Assembly (NCBI RefSeq): GCF_035594765.1
Contig: NC_085845.1
Location: 177,646,897 to 177,710,896, forward strand
Source: Anolis carolinensis
Taxonomy: Eukaryota
Direction: 5' to 3'
Length of the DNA stretch: 64,000 nucleotides
Of the stretch, positions 49,393 to 61,824 are shown piece by piece (within the stretch, counting starts at the first letter, position 1; each line of letters opens with the position of its first letter). The position numbers and the translations under genes were made by a program. Below the pieces are notes generated by a model, which worked only from the letters and a program-made list of their open reading frames with translations, had not been told where the DNA came from and did no database searches.

Positions 49393-50110
49393 CCAAGTAG
49401 GAGTGATATATAAAGAGTATGCCCCCATTTCAGATAAAGCACGTTATGACTTGGGAATTTTTTATTTTGCCCCCCCCCCCCCAAAAAAAATTAATCAATT
49501 TTCAGCACCTAAGGTTTCTGAATGTGTCGGGGGGGGGGGGGGGGACGGAAAAGGACTTGGGCATTGCATCATCCCATCCTGTTTCTAAGATCTGCAACAA
49601 ATATTGAGCAAAACTAACTGATGGGATGTTTGTATCAAATTTGTCTGATTATTCTTCTACAGATAGTAATAAAACTTATTCAGGTGTTATTTTTATTTGT
49701 TGTGGTTGCAATTCAAAGTACAAGACAGAAGAAATCGCCCCAAAACGTATGGGTTTTTAACAGTACACAATAATAGCACCGTGATTCTATTTGAATTGCC
49801 TTATGGATGTAATTAAGAGCTCTAATTCCTCACCATACTGTAAACCTCAGGATTTCAATGTATTTGTTGAAGCAGAATCATAGAACTATAATTGTGTGAT
49901 ATGAAAAGTCCCTTATTGTAGGTCTTGGATCTTCATAAACATGATTTGGAATATCATGTTGAAAACATTCAATTTAACTCAAAAATGTATTATTCTACTA
50001 ACAGCACCATCACAAGAAGCATGATCAGATTATTTTTAATCCTTTTTTTATCTTGTTATATGGATATCTTTATCTTATAATATCTTTTTTTTGTCCCCTA
50101 CTCTTAACAG

Positions 50111-50202
50111 ACCGGATCCAGCTTGATGCATTTGCAGTAATAGACTACTCTTTGGTAAAACCTCCATCTATTTCGCTGGCATCCATTAGTGTGGATTTTA
50201 AG
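50111..50202 (+). CDS. BPIFC: BPIFC coding exon 7
   Basis: taacag| ... |gtaaca; RIQLDAFAVIDYSLVKPPSISLASISVDFK. Confidence 0.92.
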
Positions 50203-50472
50203 GTAACACATTAACCTTACATCATATTTTCAGAAATTTCATAAAGATAACTGTGTTCATCATTGGAATAAGTTACAGATGTTTAAGTTTCTTACAATCA
50301 AAACGAACTTTTCCAATATCTGCAATGAAAGGTCATCCTTAGATATCAGCAAAGCTTCAGCCATTGCAACCTTAATTTCAAGAGCTGATATGACAAGCTA
50401 ACATGTCTTTATCCCCAAGTTTTTGGGATTCTGAGAACCTTAATATTTTATTCTTCATGTCATTCTTTTCAG

Positions 50473-50646
50473 GGGGCCGTCTACTCAGCACTAAACAGAA
50501 CACAGCTTTCTTTTGAGCCGGATCCTTTCCATCTCCCAAACACACGTGACTTTATGCTCTATATAGGAATCTCAGAATATTTCTTTCGTTCTGCTTCACT
50601 GGCTTATTACACTTCTGGGGCTTTTGATGTTTCTATTGAGAAGGAG
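50473..50646 (+). CDS. BPIFC: BPIFC coding exon 8
   Basis: ttcag| ... |gtaaga; GAVYSALNRTQLSFEPDPFHLPNTRDFMLYIGISEYFFRSASLAYYTSGAFDVSIEKE. Confidence 0.93.
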
Positions 50647-51923
50647 GTAAGAATAAGCTATGTAAGATTAATACTGTCTTTCAAAGAAAAAGATAATGAG
50701 TATCTGTTTTTCTATGGAACAGTATTCCATGCATAAGAGCCTAGTTGCCAACGTGGTTAGCTTCAGTTTGTTGAGGGGACAAAGGACACGAAAAAGACAA
50801 ACTCAGAGCCCAGAATTACAAAATACTCCCAAGACTCTGCAGTGGCTTCATTTGTCCAGCTCTAGGAGCTAGCTCTCTTTCCTAGATCTGTTCTCCAGAA
50901 CCATTTCCAAGGACAGCTCTACACAGACAATGTATCCTGAGTCTGGGGAACGTGGAATGGCTGTGTAAATGATTGCTGCCAGTTCCATCTCGGAACCAGT
51001 CCAGCTTCTTACATAGGTCCAAAGTTACTGTTTGCTCTGCATTCTTGGGGTTCATGCAGTTCAAAGGTGTATTAAGCAGGCTTGGCCAGCATTAATCCAA
51101 ATCAACTCCATGTTTCATTTAGTTACAACAGAGCTGATTTACCCACTCTGTGGGATAACTCCTCAATATAGATGTGCCCCAAGAGAAAAAGGCAGCTTTA
51201 CCAGAGCCAGGTAGTTGAAACAGGACTGTCCTCATTGTTAGGCAGTCATGCAATTTCTCCAAACAGATTTTGGGTATCATGAAGATGCAGTAAATTCCTA
51301 GTTATTTATTCTGTTATTATATTGTTGTTATTTTTTACTTCTGGCAGTTATGCCCATTGACTTGAGTGAACAGTGGTATCATCTACTGCTCTGCTTTAGG
51401 TAGCCTAGCCTTGTGTCTTGAGCCAGTCTTCAACAGAGTGGGTATAGACATGTTCAGTACCAGATGTTTTCTCTGAGAATCTGGTATTGGAAATGCCAAC
51501 TTGACAACAGGAATTCTGAAAATCTGTTGCCTCCATCTCATTGGTGGAAGAACATTCTTGTTTGTGGTTTAGATTTATCTGGTTTCCTTTTTGTTGTGGA
51601 AAAAGGGTATCATTCAGAATGCCACATACAAGCTTTGGGGTTATGTCATACTCTTCCTCAGAACATGTGATTGCTCAAGAGCAACTAACAAAAAGGAGCA
51701 GTTAGCCGGTTTCTGAGCATGGGCAGAGCAAGACCCTCCTTGCCTACTATTGTTGGAAACAGGAGATGTATTCGTAGACATTAGTTAGTATAGCCCTCCT
51801 ACAATCCAAAGTAGGAGTGATTGTGACCTTCTGAGACTGCAGCTTCAATTCTTAGCCATTGGCTGTAATGAGTTGGCCAGGGCTTTCATGATTTTTAGTC
51901 CAACATCTGCTATTATTTTAAAG

Positions 51924-52058
51924 CAGTGGTTCCCAACTTTTGGGCCTCCAGGTGTTTTGAACTTAAAATCCCAGAAATCCCAGCCAGCTTACCAGCTGCT
52001 AGGAAGTGTGGGAGCTGAAGTCCAAAATACCTGGAGGCTCAAAGGTTGGAAACCACTG
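51924..52058. mobile_element. Palindromic hAT MITE
   Basis: TIR CAGTGGTT.CCAAC; perfect 8-bp TSD TTTTAAAG. Confidence 0.85.
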
Positions 52059-52209
52059 TTTTAAAGTGCTGCATTAAATGTATATGCCGAGGCAAAGCAC
52101 AGTAGAGTTTTCTTTGCAATAATTGTTGTAAGCTAGTAAGCAAACCAAATCAATGCACTATTCAAAACACACACATTTGTTTCTCATTACATTTTATTTT
52201 AATTCTCAG

Positions 52210-52263
52210 CTTTCCGCTTACTTCAGGTTAACTACAGAGACTTTCAACAATATCATTCCCACA
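52210..52263 (+). CDS. BPIFC: BPIFC coding exon 9
   Basis: ctcag| ... |gtaagt; LSAYFRLTTETFNNIIPT. Confidence 0.88.
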
Positions 52264-52418
52264 GTAAGTTCCTTTATGTTTATTATCTAAAAGAAACACA
52301 TTCTTCTGCAGTTCCAAGTGTTCTAACCAAGAATGAGTTGCTTTATCAAAGTTTATAAAACAAACAAACAAATAAATCAATCTGTCCTCAATATTTTTGT
52401 TGTTTTTCAACTCTATAG

Positions 52419-52589
52419 ATTGCCTTTTATTATGGGGTATCAAATCCAGTAATGATGAATCTAACAGTTACAGCGGCACCTGTGATTAGTCTTCACAATG
52501 GTCGATTTCTCCTTGACCTGTCTGGCTCCATGGATGTGCTGGTAGTTCAGACAAATTTCACAACTAACTCCATGTTCACCTTGAATATA
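52419..52589 (+). CDS. BPIFC: BPIFC coding exon 10
   Basis: ctatag| ... |gtgagt; IAFYYGVSNPVMMNLTVTAAPVISLHNGRFLLDLSGSMDVLVVQTNFTTNSMFTLNI. Confidence 0.91.
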
Positions 52590-53359
52590 GTGAGTACAAC
52601 ACAACAAAATCACTCCCTTTGGGCTTCTTTACCTGCAAGAATCTTTGATACTTGACTTGCCATCAAAATGTAGTATTTCAAAGGGACACAGCTTGCTGCC
52701 TTTCTACCTTAAGAATCTTATGAATTATTATTGTTATTGTTATTATTATTATGTTTATTTACACCTCGCTTTTTCTCTTCACAAAGGAGACTTAAGAATA
52801 CTTAAGCAGGCAATACCATACTAGCTGGATAGATATCCAGACTTGACAAAAGAGAAACCTAAGAATTTAAAGAAAACTGAATCAGAACAAATATATAATC
52901 CAGCTTTCGGTTCACTCAGTGATCAAACCGATGCCATAAGCACAATAGGACTTTCTTCTTGGGCTTCCACACAAAGTGATATGTGTTTAGATGTGTCCTC
53001 CCTTCATATAATTATGACTAGGAACAATGATAGTTTTATCTTTAAAAAATAGCTTCCTGTTGTTTATTGTCTTGTTTTCACTGTTTTTCACTCCTTGTGC
53101 CCTTTTTCTGCTTCCTTTTTTATTTTGTTAAAGTTTAATTATTCAAAAACTTCTTAAAAATTAAATAGAAGAGAGGATTTTCCAAATGTTTAGTTCCGTA
53201 ATTGCTTTGGAAAATAAAAAAAATGATATGAAAAAGGAAAGGAGAAATATGATACCCAAGTAAGCACACCTTTCTCACTTTGCTTTGCAAAATGCTTTGG
53301 TATTATTGCCTTGCTGTAAAAGAGGAGAATGATAAATGTAGACTTTCCCCCCAATACAG

Positions 53360-53427
53360 ACAGCCAAAACCCACATCAACATGATCATATTTGAAAAGAA
53401 TTTGATACCAACTTTATGTCTGGACAG
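53360..53427 (+). CDS. BPIFC: BPIFC coding exon 11
   Basis: tacag| ... |gtaatg; TAKTHINMIIFEKNLIPTLCLD; 68 nt gives the phase needed for the next exon. Confidence 0.83.
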
Positions 53428-54774
53428 GTAATGTTTGGTTGGATTTTTTTGACCTGCTGTATTTGTGAAGACCCCTTGAGTGCAATAGACTGATGAAACA
53501 ACTGAAGTTGCTATTCTCTTTAACACGATGTTTCAATTAAATTATTGTTTAAATCAAGGATACTACTAACATTAAAATCGTCTAACCCTTAATGTGTTTC
53601 TGTCTTGCTTCAGGTGGGCAAGACAAACCACAGATTTTGCTAGAGTTTAATTAAAATCAAAACATTCTCTTGTTGGGTCATAGTAATTTAATCACGGAAT
53701 TAAAAAATATATAGTATGGGAGACTCGTGCTAGTTTTTATAGGGAGTTAATGTCCTTCAGTTAGATGATTGGTTACAGTTGTAGAGGTTTCTTCCCCCAG
53801 CAAGGGTCTGGTTCCAGGCATTAATAAATTAACCAGTGAATCTCCTCATCCAGCCTGTTAGGGACATCGCATATTACAGAAACCAATACTGGTTCCCTTG
53901 TCATTTTAATCATGTCTTTTTAAAAATCTATACATTTATTATGTTTTCTGCAATATAAGTATTATCATACAATTTACAAGGACAATAATTTCCCCTCTCT
54001 GGCATATCTATATACATCAATTTTAAAGTAGTTTTCCCCACCCTCTCTATTACAAAACAATAATCAAAATAATAATAAAAAATTATGGGATCACCATGTC
54101 TTTCTGAGCTAGGCTTGGCTGGATGTAGCAAGGCAGATGAGCCTTGTCTTCCTTATGACTAGACCAGCATTCCATGGCAATACCTCCCAATGTTGCTGTG
54201 ACGAAGTTTACAATATGAACAGCAGATGAAAAGTGTGCAGTTGAGGTTGAATGATGGAAGTAAACTGGCCTTACGGATCCTGAAGGGTGCCTTAAATACC
54301 CTGGGAGTGGACATCAGTGAAGCCTATATCCTGGCTTCCTCTGGACCTACTCAGCAACCACATAGATACTTCTAACTGGCCATCTTTCCTGACATTTCCC
54401 AGAACCTGAAAAACTGAATGAAGTAAGGTAGAGAATTCAGATTTCCTTTGAGCCAGATAATTTGTGACCATCGAAACTTAAACTGTTAATGTAAAAGCAG
54501 AAGGCTCAGCATTGTTTGTGAACCATAATGGCAAAACCAACAAAGTGCTCAGGTTAGGTATTTAGTGCTATTTAGAGGAAGGGAGTAACCAGCCCTAGGA
54601 CCAGTGTCATATATGTGTTGTTAATGAAATACGTTACATAAAGTAGAAGTTCTATCAGTCCTGGCTGGCAATGGTGTGATCCTGAGAGTTTCCGGCGAAC
54701 AATGTCTAGAGGGCACAAAGTGCCTAACTCTGATGTACAGAATTCACTCTGAAACCTTTCCTTTTCTTTCACAG

Positions 54775-54817
54775 CTTTGATCTCGCCTTGGCTCACTCCA
54801 CTATTGGTTTCTTCAAG
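54775..54817 (+). CDS. BPIFC: BPIFC coding exon 12
   Basis: ttcacag| ... |gtaaat; (S)FDLALAHSTIGFFK. Confidence 0.88.
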
Positions 54818-55292
54818 GTAAATTTTAGCCTATAGGAAAAGCAACCTGCAGAAAATAAAGTCAAATGCAGCATTTGATAAACAATTTCATTGCATGAAAA
54901 TGTGTTTCTTAATTTGACTTTGGCATGCAATTTGTATAGTGGGGTTCTTTTGGTGATTGGTTTATTACCCTTTTTGTTCCAATTTTTCTTCCCCTCAATT
55001 TTCTTTCCAGACATATTTAATCATTCACAGACTACTACAAGCATACAGTGACCAATGGCTTAGGCACCAGAAGTTCTTTATCAAAATTCCCATAATAAAT
55101 GCCACAAAATCATAATATAGGAGCTTGCTTGCTTTCCTATCTTGTTCAGATTAGAAAATTCTCAGAGATAGTTCCCAGTGCTCATAAAACAGTATCGGTC
55201 ACACAAAGAAAACAATTCTCAGGGGAAATTCCCACTAGTTATCCAATTTTTCAATTCTTCTTTGTGCTGTCACATTTTCTTTAACATTTCAG

Positions 55293-55356
55293 GCTTCAAT
55301 TATGAAGAATTTCATGTCTTATATTTTACAAAAAGGAGTAATTCCAGCAGTCAATG
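55293..55356 (+). CDS. BPIFC: BPIFC coding exon 13
   Basis: tttcag| ... |gtaagt; ASIMKNFMSYILQKGVIPAVN. Confidence 0.89.
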
Positions 55357-55427
55357 GTAAGTATGGTGCTTGGGTTGTCTTCTCACTTCTGCAAATTATA
55401 AAGAAATTAAAGGAAATTGTATATTGT

Positions 55428-55545
55428 TTGGGTTGCTATGAGTTTTCCGGGCTGTATGGCCATGTTCCAGAAGCATTCTCTCAATGATTGCCGGAAAACT
55501 CACAGCAACACAGTAATTCTGGCCATGAAATCCTTCGACAACACA
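55428..55545. mobile_element. Short inverted pair of Penelope pLTR tail fragments
   Basis: Minus-strand tail piece (55428-55482) followed by a plus-strand tail piece (55490-55545). Confidence 0.7.
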
Positions 55546-56472
55546 TGGCATATCTTTTGTTTCTTGCTCCTTTTTCATGGATAATATAAACATAATCATA
55601 ACAAGAAATAAACCAATGTTATTCCAGTAAGTTTTTAAACTGCTTCATGATTAATTGGAGCTTGGTTCCATGTATGCCCACTGCTAAGAATTGATTTAAA
55701 GGACCATAACTGACAAAAAAACCCTGTTTATTTCCTCCTGCCTCCATGATGTGAAGACTTTATCTTCCCAAATAAATCGACTAGTTTGCGATTCTCCTAT
55801 ATACAGACCAGTTTGCAGTTCTATATACAGACCAGAAAGTATATTGGCTCAGGCTGATGATTTCAGATACTGTCTTTGGAAATTCCTAGAACAATTCACA
55901 GCAGTAACTACTCTGTTGTACTTGTATTATGTAGTTATATAGCAAACTCTGGTTGTTATATAACTACATAAAAAAATTCAGGAAGCATCGAGACTTTCCA
56001 TTTACTTTTGATTGTGCCTACATATCCCTACATTCGCATCCTATCTCTTTCTTGAATTACCCCAGGTTTATTCTCCTTTGTATTCTTCCATCTCCTCCCA
56101 CTGAGAATTCGATTTTGAAAAAATTGGCTTGTTGTGGAAATGAGAATTGGTAATAGAGTTTCAGTGGAGACCCCTTTTCCCCATGATAAAAACTCTTTCA
56201 AGAGTGAATTTCCTTTCCGAGGGGTAGATTCCTCTCACTGCTTGTCGTCTCACCTCCATTCTTTACTATAATTCATTTGTAATTGGGTGTTGGTCCCCAA
56301 GTTACATATCACTTTTCAAGAATAAAAACACACACATATACTTGTTTAAGCAGTAATACACAAATTGGGATCAATTTTTAAATTAATCCTATGAGCGTTA
56401 CTGTACCCATGACTAAAAACTCTGTTATTATTGTTTAATAATGGGGTTTTTTTTAATGCTCTCTTTTTAAAG

Positions 56473-56549
56473 TCAATCTGAAGGATGGGGTTCCTCTCCC
56501 TGTCTTGGACACAATGGTTCTTGTGCAGCCTACTATTACAATGTACCAG
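56473..56549 (+). CDS. BPIFC: BPIFC coding exon 14
   Basis: tttaaag| ... |gtgagg; (V)NLKDGVPLPVLDTMVLVQPTITMYQ. Confidence 0.89.
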
Positions 56550-56594
56550 GTGAGGTTTACAATACCTATGTCTTTTCGTTTGGTGTATCTAGAG

Positions 56595-56729
56595 CAATGG
56601 TTCTCAACCTGTGGGTCCCCAGATGTTTTGGCCTTCAACTCCCAGAAATCCTAACAGCTGGTAAACTGGCTGGGATTTCTGGGAGTTGTAGGCCAAAACA
56701 CTTGGGGACCCACAGGTTGAGGACCACTG
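56595..56729. mobile_element. Palindromic hAT MITE (SPIN-like TIR)
   Basis: TIR CAaTGGTTCTCAACCTGTGGGTC; perfect 8-bp TSD ATCTAGAG. Confidence 0.88.
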
Positions 56730-56778
56730 ATCTAGAGAGAAAACAACCATGCTGGTTAGCATGAGAATGTAGGATATA

Positions 56779-57430
56779 CAGTGGAAGCATCCTAACTTAA
56801 GAGCATTTTGAGTTAAGAGTTGTTGCTTGGCCCAGGGTTCACTTTGACATAAGAGCAGGATTTTGAGTTAAGAGCTAGCGCAAGAAGGAACACTAGTGCA
56901 AGAAGGAACACTAGTACAGGGCTTTAGGAGTTCAAGGGAGTAGCCTCTGTGCCCCATGCTCTTGTCCACTTTGGGAAATTGCTGTCCGCTTTGTTCTTGT
57001 CCACTTTGAGAAACTTTGAGTTAGCTGACTTTGTGTAGCTTTTATTCCTACTGTGTTTGGCTTCATGACGAGAGAGAGGGGGAAAGAGAGCAAAAGAAGA
57101 AATGAGGCTGAAATGACTACAGTATGAAGAAAATGATGCTTCTGCCTTTCACTTTGTGCTTTGTACTTCCTTGCCACAACTTTGTGCTTCTATTATTTTA
57201 AAGTTGATCTTTATTTTATTATTTCACGTGAATGTGCATTTGTACATTATTTGTTATTTATATAGAACATTTTCTTATTTAAAAACACATAACAAAAATG
57301 GGAGGGGGGGGCTGGGGCCCCAGAACAGATTAATAGCATTTCAATGGGAAAATACACTTTGAGACAAGAGCATTTTGAGTCAAGAGCTCTGTGACAGAAC
57401 CAATCAAACTCTTAAGTCAAGGCATCAGTG
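56779..57430. mobile_element. Tigger/pogo-like MITE
   Basis: TA-flanked; degenerate TIRs with internal ACTTAAGAG subterminal repeats. Confidence 0.6.
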
Positions 57431-57633
57431 TACATAGAATGTAGAAAGTCAGCAGCTGCTCATATCCATCTTGAGGTTCTCATTTGTTGTTCCCTATAAT
57501 TACTACCAGTGATGTAACAGGATTCTCACATTTGGATATAGATGCAGGCTGATGTATATTAGACAAAATTAATTCACATTATTTATGAAGGAATGTTAAC
57601 AATAGTAAGGCCATTGTTAATTTGTCTTTTCAG

Positions 57634-57711
57634 GGCTACTTGCTAATTTCCACTGATGCTAAGCTCAAGCCCACAAATATTTGGAAACACAATCATATAC
57701 GCACCTTCTGA
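57634..57711 (+). CDS. BPIFC: BPIFC terminal coding exon
   Basis: ttttcag|; GYLLISTDAKLKPTNIWKHNHIRTF*. Confidence 0.9.
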   Translation, partial: GYLLISTDAKLKPTNIWKHNHIRTF

Positions 57712-57920
57712 TATATGGGAACACAGCTATCAATTGAAGGTCAGGCTGCTTTGGTTGTGATTGAAGAGGGAAGATGTGACAAAAAAAGAGACTGGTCTAT
57801 TAAAAATGGGGAAAAGTTTGTGTTTTAGTACTTTGTAGCTCAGTAGTAGTAGTTCGTACTTTATGCTGTATTTCAGCATTGTAAATATTCTTTTTTAATG
57901 ATTGTATGGAGATTTTAGTT

Positions 57921-57960
57921 AATAAAAGCTGGGCTCTTGAAAAATGTGTTTGTGTTGATT
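57921..57960 (+). terminator. BPIFC polyadenylation signal
   Basis: AATAAA at 57921-57926, 210 nt after the stop, followed by a TGTGTTTGTGTTG GU-rich element. Confidence 0.7.
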
Positions 57961-57976
57961 TCTAACTACAGGGATC

Positions 57977-58010
<34 letters not shown>

Positions 58011-58413
58011 ATAAACTGACAAATTTCTCCTGAAAAAAATATGGGCAATCATTCTCATGCCACCCCTATAATGTCATCACACCATCAAGTCTTCACATTT
58101 TCCCCCATAGAATTGCTAACTGAAAACAAATCAAACACCTGAGTATTTACAAATACCTTTGTCTCTCTGGGAATGACATTTCTAAACTATGACCACGTCA
58201 CTTTTGGGTGGAAGCTATGGGCATATTTTAGGGTGTTTATGGCTCTGTATTTATGGCTGGAGTTAGGCAGGAATATCTCACACTTCTCATGTTACCTGTC
58301 ATCTTTTGTGAAAAACAGATAGTTTTCACACATAAAACTTTTTTGTTACTAGGTGTGAATCCGTAGAATTTATGTAGTTTCACATCACTTTAACTGCCAT
58401 GGCTTAATGCTAT

Positions 58414-59604
58414 TGATGGGTGATTTCAGTTAACAGCTAAAAGCGGGTTCAAGCCCGGCATGCTTTGCTACTGCCAATGAACCAGATTCAAAACATAAAC
58501 TGGGTTTGAAGGCAACAGAAACAGGTTTATTACTTTCAGGCCTGAAAGGATGTCAGAAACAGAGTCTGCTTTCAAAGGATCTAACATAAAGGATGCAGCA
58601 AAGTACAGAACATTTTATTCACTTTGACAGCCATTCAAAATATCCATACCCTCCCAATTGGCTGAAAAGTCGTTTCAGCTAGGATCCCGGCAATAACTGG
58701 CTGTGGCTGGGGATTTCTCCTGAGGTCACCAGTGGTTGGGGTTTCCTCCATGATCATTCATGGATTTGAAGTTTAAGTAATTTGGAAGGTCCACCCTGAG
58801 AAAGCTGTGGAGTAGTGGAATGTGGTGGGGTAATATGCAAAGCAGTCTGTAATTACATTAATTGTCCAGTCCAGTTTACACAAAGGTTGAGCTTCAGAAA
58901 ACATAATGGGTTTTATGTCAATACAAACAGTTCAGTGAAAAGTATACAGAGTTAATCTGTGCGCTGATGTCTGGTGCCTGATGTCATCTCTGGACCTCCT
59001 TGGGAAGTTGGAAAACTACATTATAGCATTAACTTCACATGGTATTTCCCTTTCTTGATGGCCCCAATTTCACAATAGGTGGGAAGCCAGAAAGAAATCT
59101 TTAGGTGCATCATATTATTTGTTTTCCAGAAGATAAGTACTGGACTGTATGAGTGCAGATATGGTTACCCCGCTTTAGCACATCTTGTTATCTTTCTTAA
59201 TTAACATATATGTTGAGATCACAAGGGATTATGAAGGAGACTGAGTTTCAGAAGTGATTATTGTGGATAATGGGTGTTACAGCTTTGAAACTGTGGGCAC
59301 GTTCTTGCTGTTAAAGGGCTTTTAGTATACACATAAGAAAAGTTTCAGCCTGGGATTGGTGAATAGGCATTTACTGTCTGGCTCCCCTGAGGTGATCTTT
59401 ATAAAAGATGAGAATCTCTTTTGGAATGTGTATCTTCCTGCCCCTCCTGGCACAGTTACTTAAAATGAGGCGAAAGGTGGGGAGGAGGAATACTACCTTT
59501 TCAAAATTGTGCAACTCTATAAAACGTTAAAATACATTCATATTTGACTGTGGAATTCATGGCAAGTCCACCTTTTGGGAGGGGAATCCAATTTTTCAAT
59601 AACA
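58414..59604 (-). mobile_element. Probable solo LTR of an endogenous retrovirus
   Basis: TG...CA termini, 4-bp TSD CTAT/GTAT, splits a host MITE (…GCTAT | GGAA…TGTAGTTT); AATAAA on the minus strand at 58531-58526, near the 3' end. Confidence 0.6.
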
Positions 59605-60200
59605 GTATGGAACCCTATGAGTTGTAGTTTTAAAGGTCTTTGGTCTTTCCTATGGATGCCACATTAAACTCCAACTCCCATTATTCCATAGCACTGAGCC
59701 ATGGTAGTTAAAACGGTGTTAAGCTGCATTCACTTTCCAGTGTAGAAGAACCCCCTATGAGTAAAAGACATTCACTTTTGAATACATCTACACTAGAACT
59801 AATGCAGCTTGACATCACTTGGGGCTGCTATGGAAACATGGGAGTTCTAGTTTTACAAAGTCATCAGCCTTCTCTGCCATAGTGCTGGTAACTCACCAAA
59901 GTGCAACTCCCAGGATTCCATTGCACTGAGCCATGGCAGTTAAACGGGTGTCAAACTGCACTAGTTGTACAATGTATATGTACAAAGTGTTTGATGAGAT
60001 TTTATTATGCTTTTTAACTAATTGTTTTGTTTCTAATTTAATTATTGGTTAGCCATTATAAGTTTATATTGACATTTATTTATTGGTTTGATTTGGTTAC
60101 TTTGTTTTCATTATTGAATGAATTCATTGAATGTTTGCTACTTTTTTGTTTGGAAACCGCCTTGAGTCTCTTTGGGGAGATAGGGTGGGTTATAAATAAA

Positions 60201-60269
60201 GAAGAAGAAGAAGAAGAAGAAGAAGAAGAAGAAGAAGAAGAAGAAGAAGAAGAAGATGATGATGATGAT
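60201..60269. repeat. (GAA)n(GAT)n microsatellite
   Basis: Read directly; follows an L2-type tail. Confidence 0.95.
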
Positions 60270-60545
60270 ATGCATAAAAAGGAACTTTTCCACTTAAGCA
60301 AATTTTGCCACTTGCATACTATAGGACTGGAGGAGGGAGGGTGGATGAGACAAAAACATTTTACTTTTAGTCTCATTGTTGTACTGTTATGTTGTATATA
60401 TCGTTTAAAAATCAAATCTAATTTTTAAAAGGACGAAAAGTAACTCTACTCTGGAATTAACTTTCCAACAGCATCCACCTAAACATCCAATTCACCATGG
60501 AAAAAGAAAATGAAAGAAAACTGCCATTTCTAGATGTCCTAGTCT

Positions 60546-60812
60546 TCTCATGCTGTGGCCAAAGTACTTCATCCTTCCCTCCAGTGAGCATTCGGGCATT
60601 ATTTCCTGGAGTAAGGACTGGTCTGACCTTCTTGCAGTCCAAGGCACTCTCAGAATTTTCCTCCAACACCAGAGTTCAAAAGCATCTATCTTCCTTTGCT
60701 CAGCCTTCCTTATGGTCCAGCTCTCGCATCCATAGGTTACTACAAGGAATACAATTGCTGATCTTCGTTGCTAGTGTGATGTCTCTAATCTTTACTATTT
60801 TATCGAGGTTAG
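60546..60812 (-). mobile_element. RTE/BovB-like LINE fragment
   Basis: Minus strand encodes degenerate ...W..TAR.SNQS.L.EI... and KYFGH.MRR motifs. Confidence 0.7.
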
Positions 60813-61559
60813 GTGTAACTCCCAACAAAGACATCCAATTCACCATGGGAAAATAAAATAAAGGGAAATCTATCATTTCTAGATGTCTTAGTCATCCGCA
60901 AACCCAATCAACAATTGGGCCACACAGTTTACAGAAAACCTACACACACAGATAAATACCTACATCGAAACTCCAACCATCACGTAAGTCAAAAAAGAAG
61001 CGCAATTAAAGCCCTGGCACACCGTGCCAAAAGAATCTGCAAACCTCACCTCCTCCAAAGTGAACTAAACCACCTAAACTGGGCTCTACAAGTAAATGGA
61101 GACTCCACCACAGACATCAGAAGAGCTGCAAAGCCAAGAACAAGCCATGAGAGTAAAGGCAAAGAATCACCCAGAGGAAACGTGTTCTTCCCATACATCA
61201 AGGGAACCACTGACCACAGAGGGAAGCTGATGAAGAAATACCACCTACAAACTATCTACAGACCCTCTAAGAAAATCCAACAAATGCTACGTTCAACAAA
61301 GGAAAAGAGGGATCCTCTCACCTCTGCAGGAGTCTACCGTATCCCATGCAGCTGTGGACAAGTCTACATAGGGACCCCCAAATGCAGCAGCATTGCCCAA
61401 ATGTGAATCAAGGAACATGAAAGGCACGACAAACTAATCCAACCAGAGAAGTCAGCCATAGCAGAGCACTTGATGAACCAACCTGGAAACAGCATATTAT
61501 TTGAAAACATAGAAATACTGGACCACTCTAACAACTACCATATCAGACTACACAGAGAA

Positions 61560-61824
61560 AGTCTCCGATGGCCTAGGGGATAAAAGCTTTGTGACTTGAA
61601 GGTTGGGTTGCTGACCTGAAGGCTGCCAGGTTCGAATCCCACCCAGGGAGAGCGCGGATGAGCTCCCTCTATCAGCTCCAGCTCCATGCGGGGACATGAG
61701 AGAAGCCTCCCACAAGGATGGTAAAACATCAAAACATCCAGGCGTCCCCTGGGCAACGTCCTTGCAGACGGCCAATTCTCTCACTCCAGAAGCAACTCCA
61801 GTTGCTCCTGACACGAAAAAAAAA
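61560..61824 (+). mobile_element. tRNA-derived SINE nested in a Penelope fragment
   Basis: B box GGTTCGAATCC, poly-A tail, 13-bp TSD ACTACACAGAGAA at 61547-61559 and 61825-61837. Confidence 0.9.

Larger units (their letters stand above)
37549..57711 (+). other. BPIFC: BPI fold-containing family C protein gene span: 15 coding exons, 1449 nt CDS, 482 aa
   Basis: Exons of 103, 112, 129, 159, 64, 61, 92, 174, 54, 171, 68, 43, 64, 77 and 78 nt join in frame. Signal peptide, NPGIKVKIT motif, conserved BPI disulfide cysteines (LENC, LCPII), IDYSL and MLYIGISEYFF motifs; located between FBXO7 and RTCB. Confidence 0.92.

Noticed and set aside
48487-49428. 313-aa ORF with an N-terminal poly-Asn tract as a host gene
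   Set aside because: The poly-N is a translated (AAT)n microsatellite fused to a truncated R4 endonuclease.
49470-49545. Poly-C and poly-G runs that could pair or form a G-quadruplex
   Set aside because: Simple homopolymers with no supporting context; similar runs occur at about 15941 and 21316.
53614-53643. Alternative candidate for BPIFC exon 11 after a good acceptor (ttgcttcag|gtgggc)
   Set aside because: In-frame TAG after 9 codons and no donor; 53360-53427 fits length, phase and homology.
60045-60428. Poly-Glu/Asp and poly-Ser ORFs
   Set aside because: Translation of the (GAA)n(GAT)n microsatellite.
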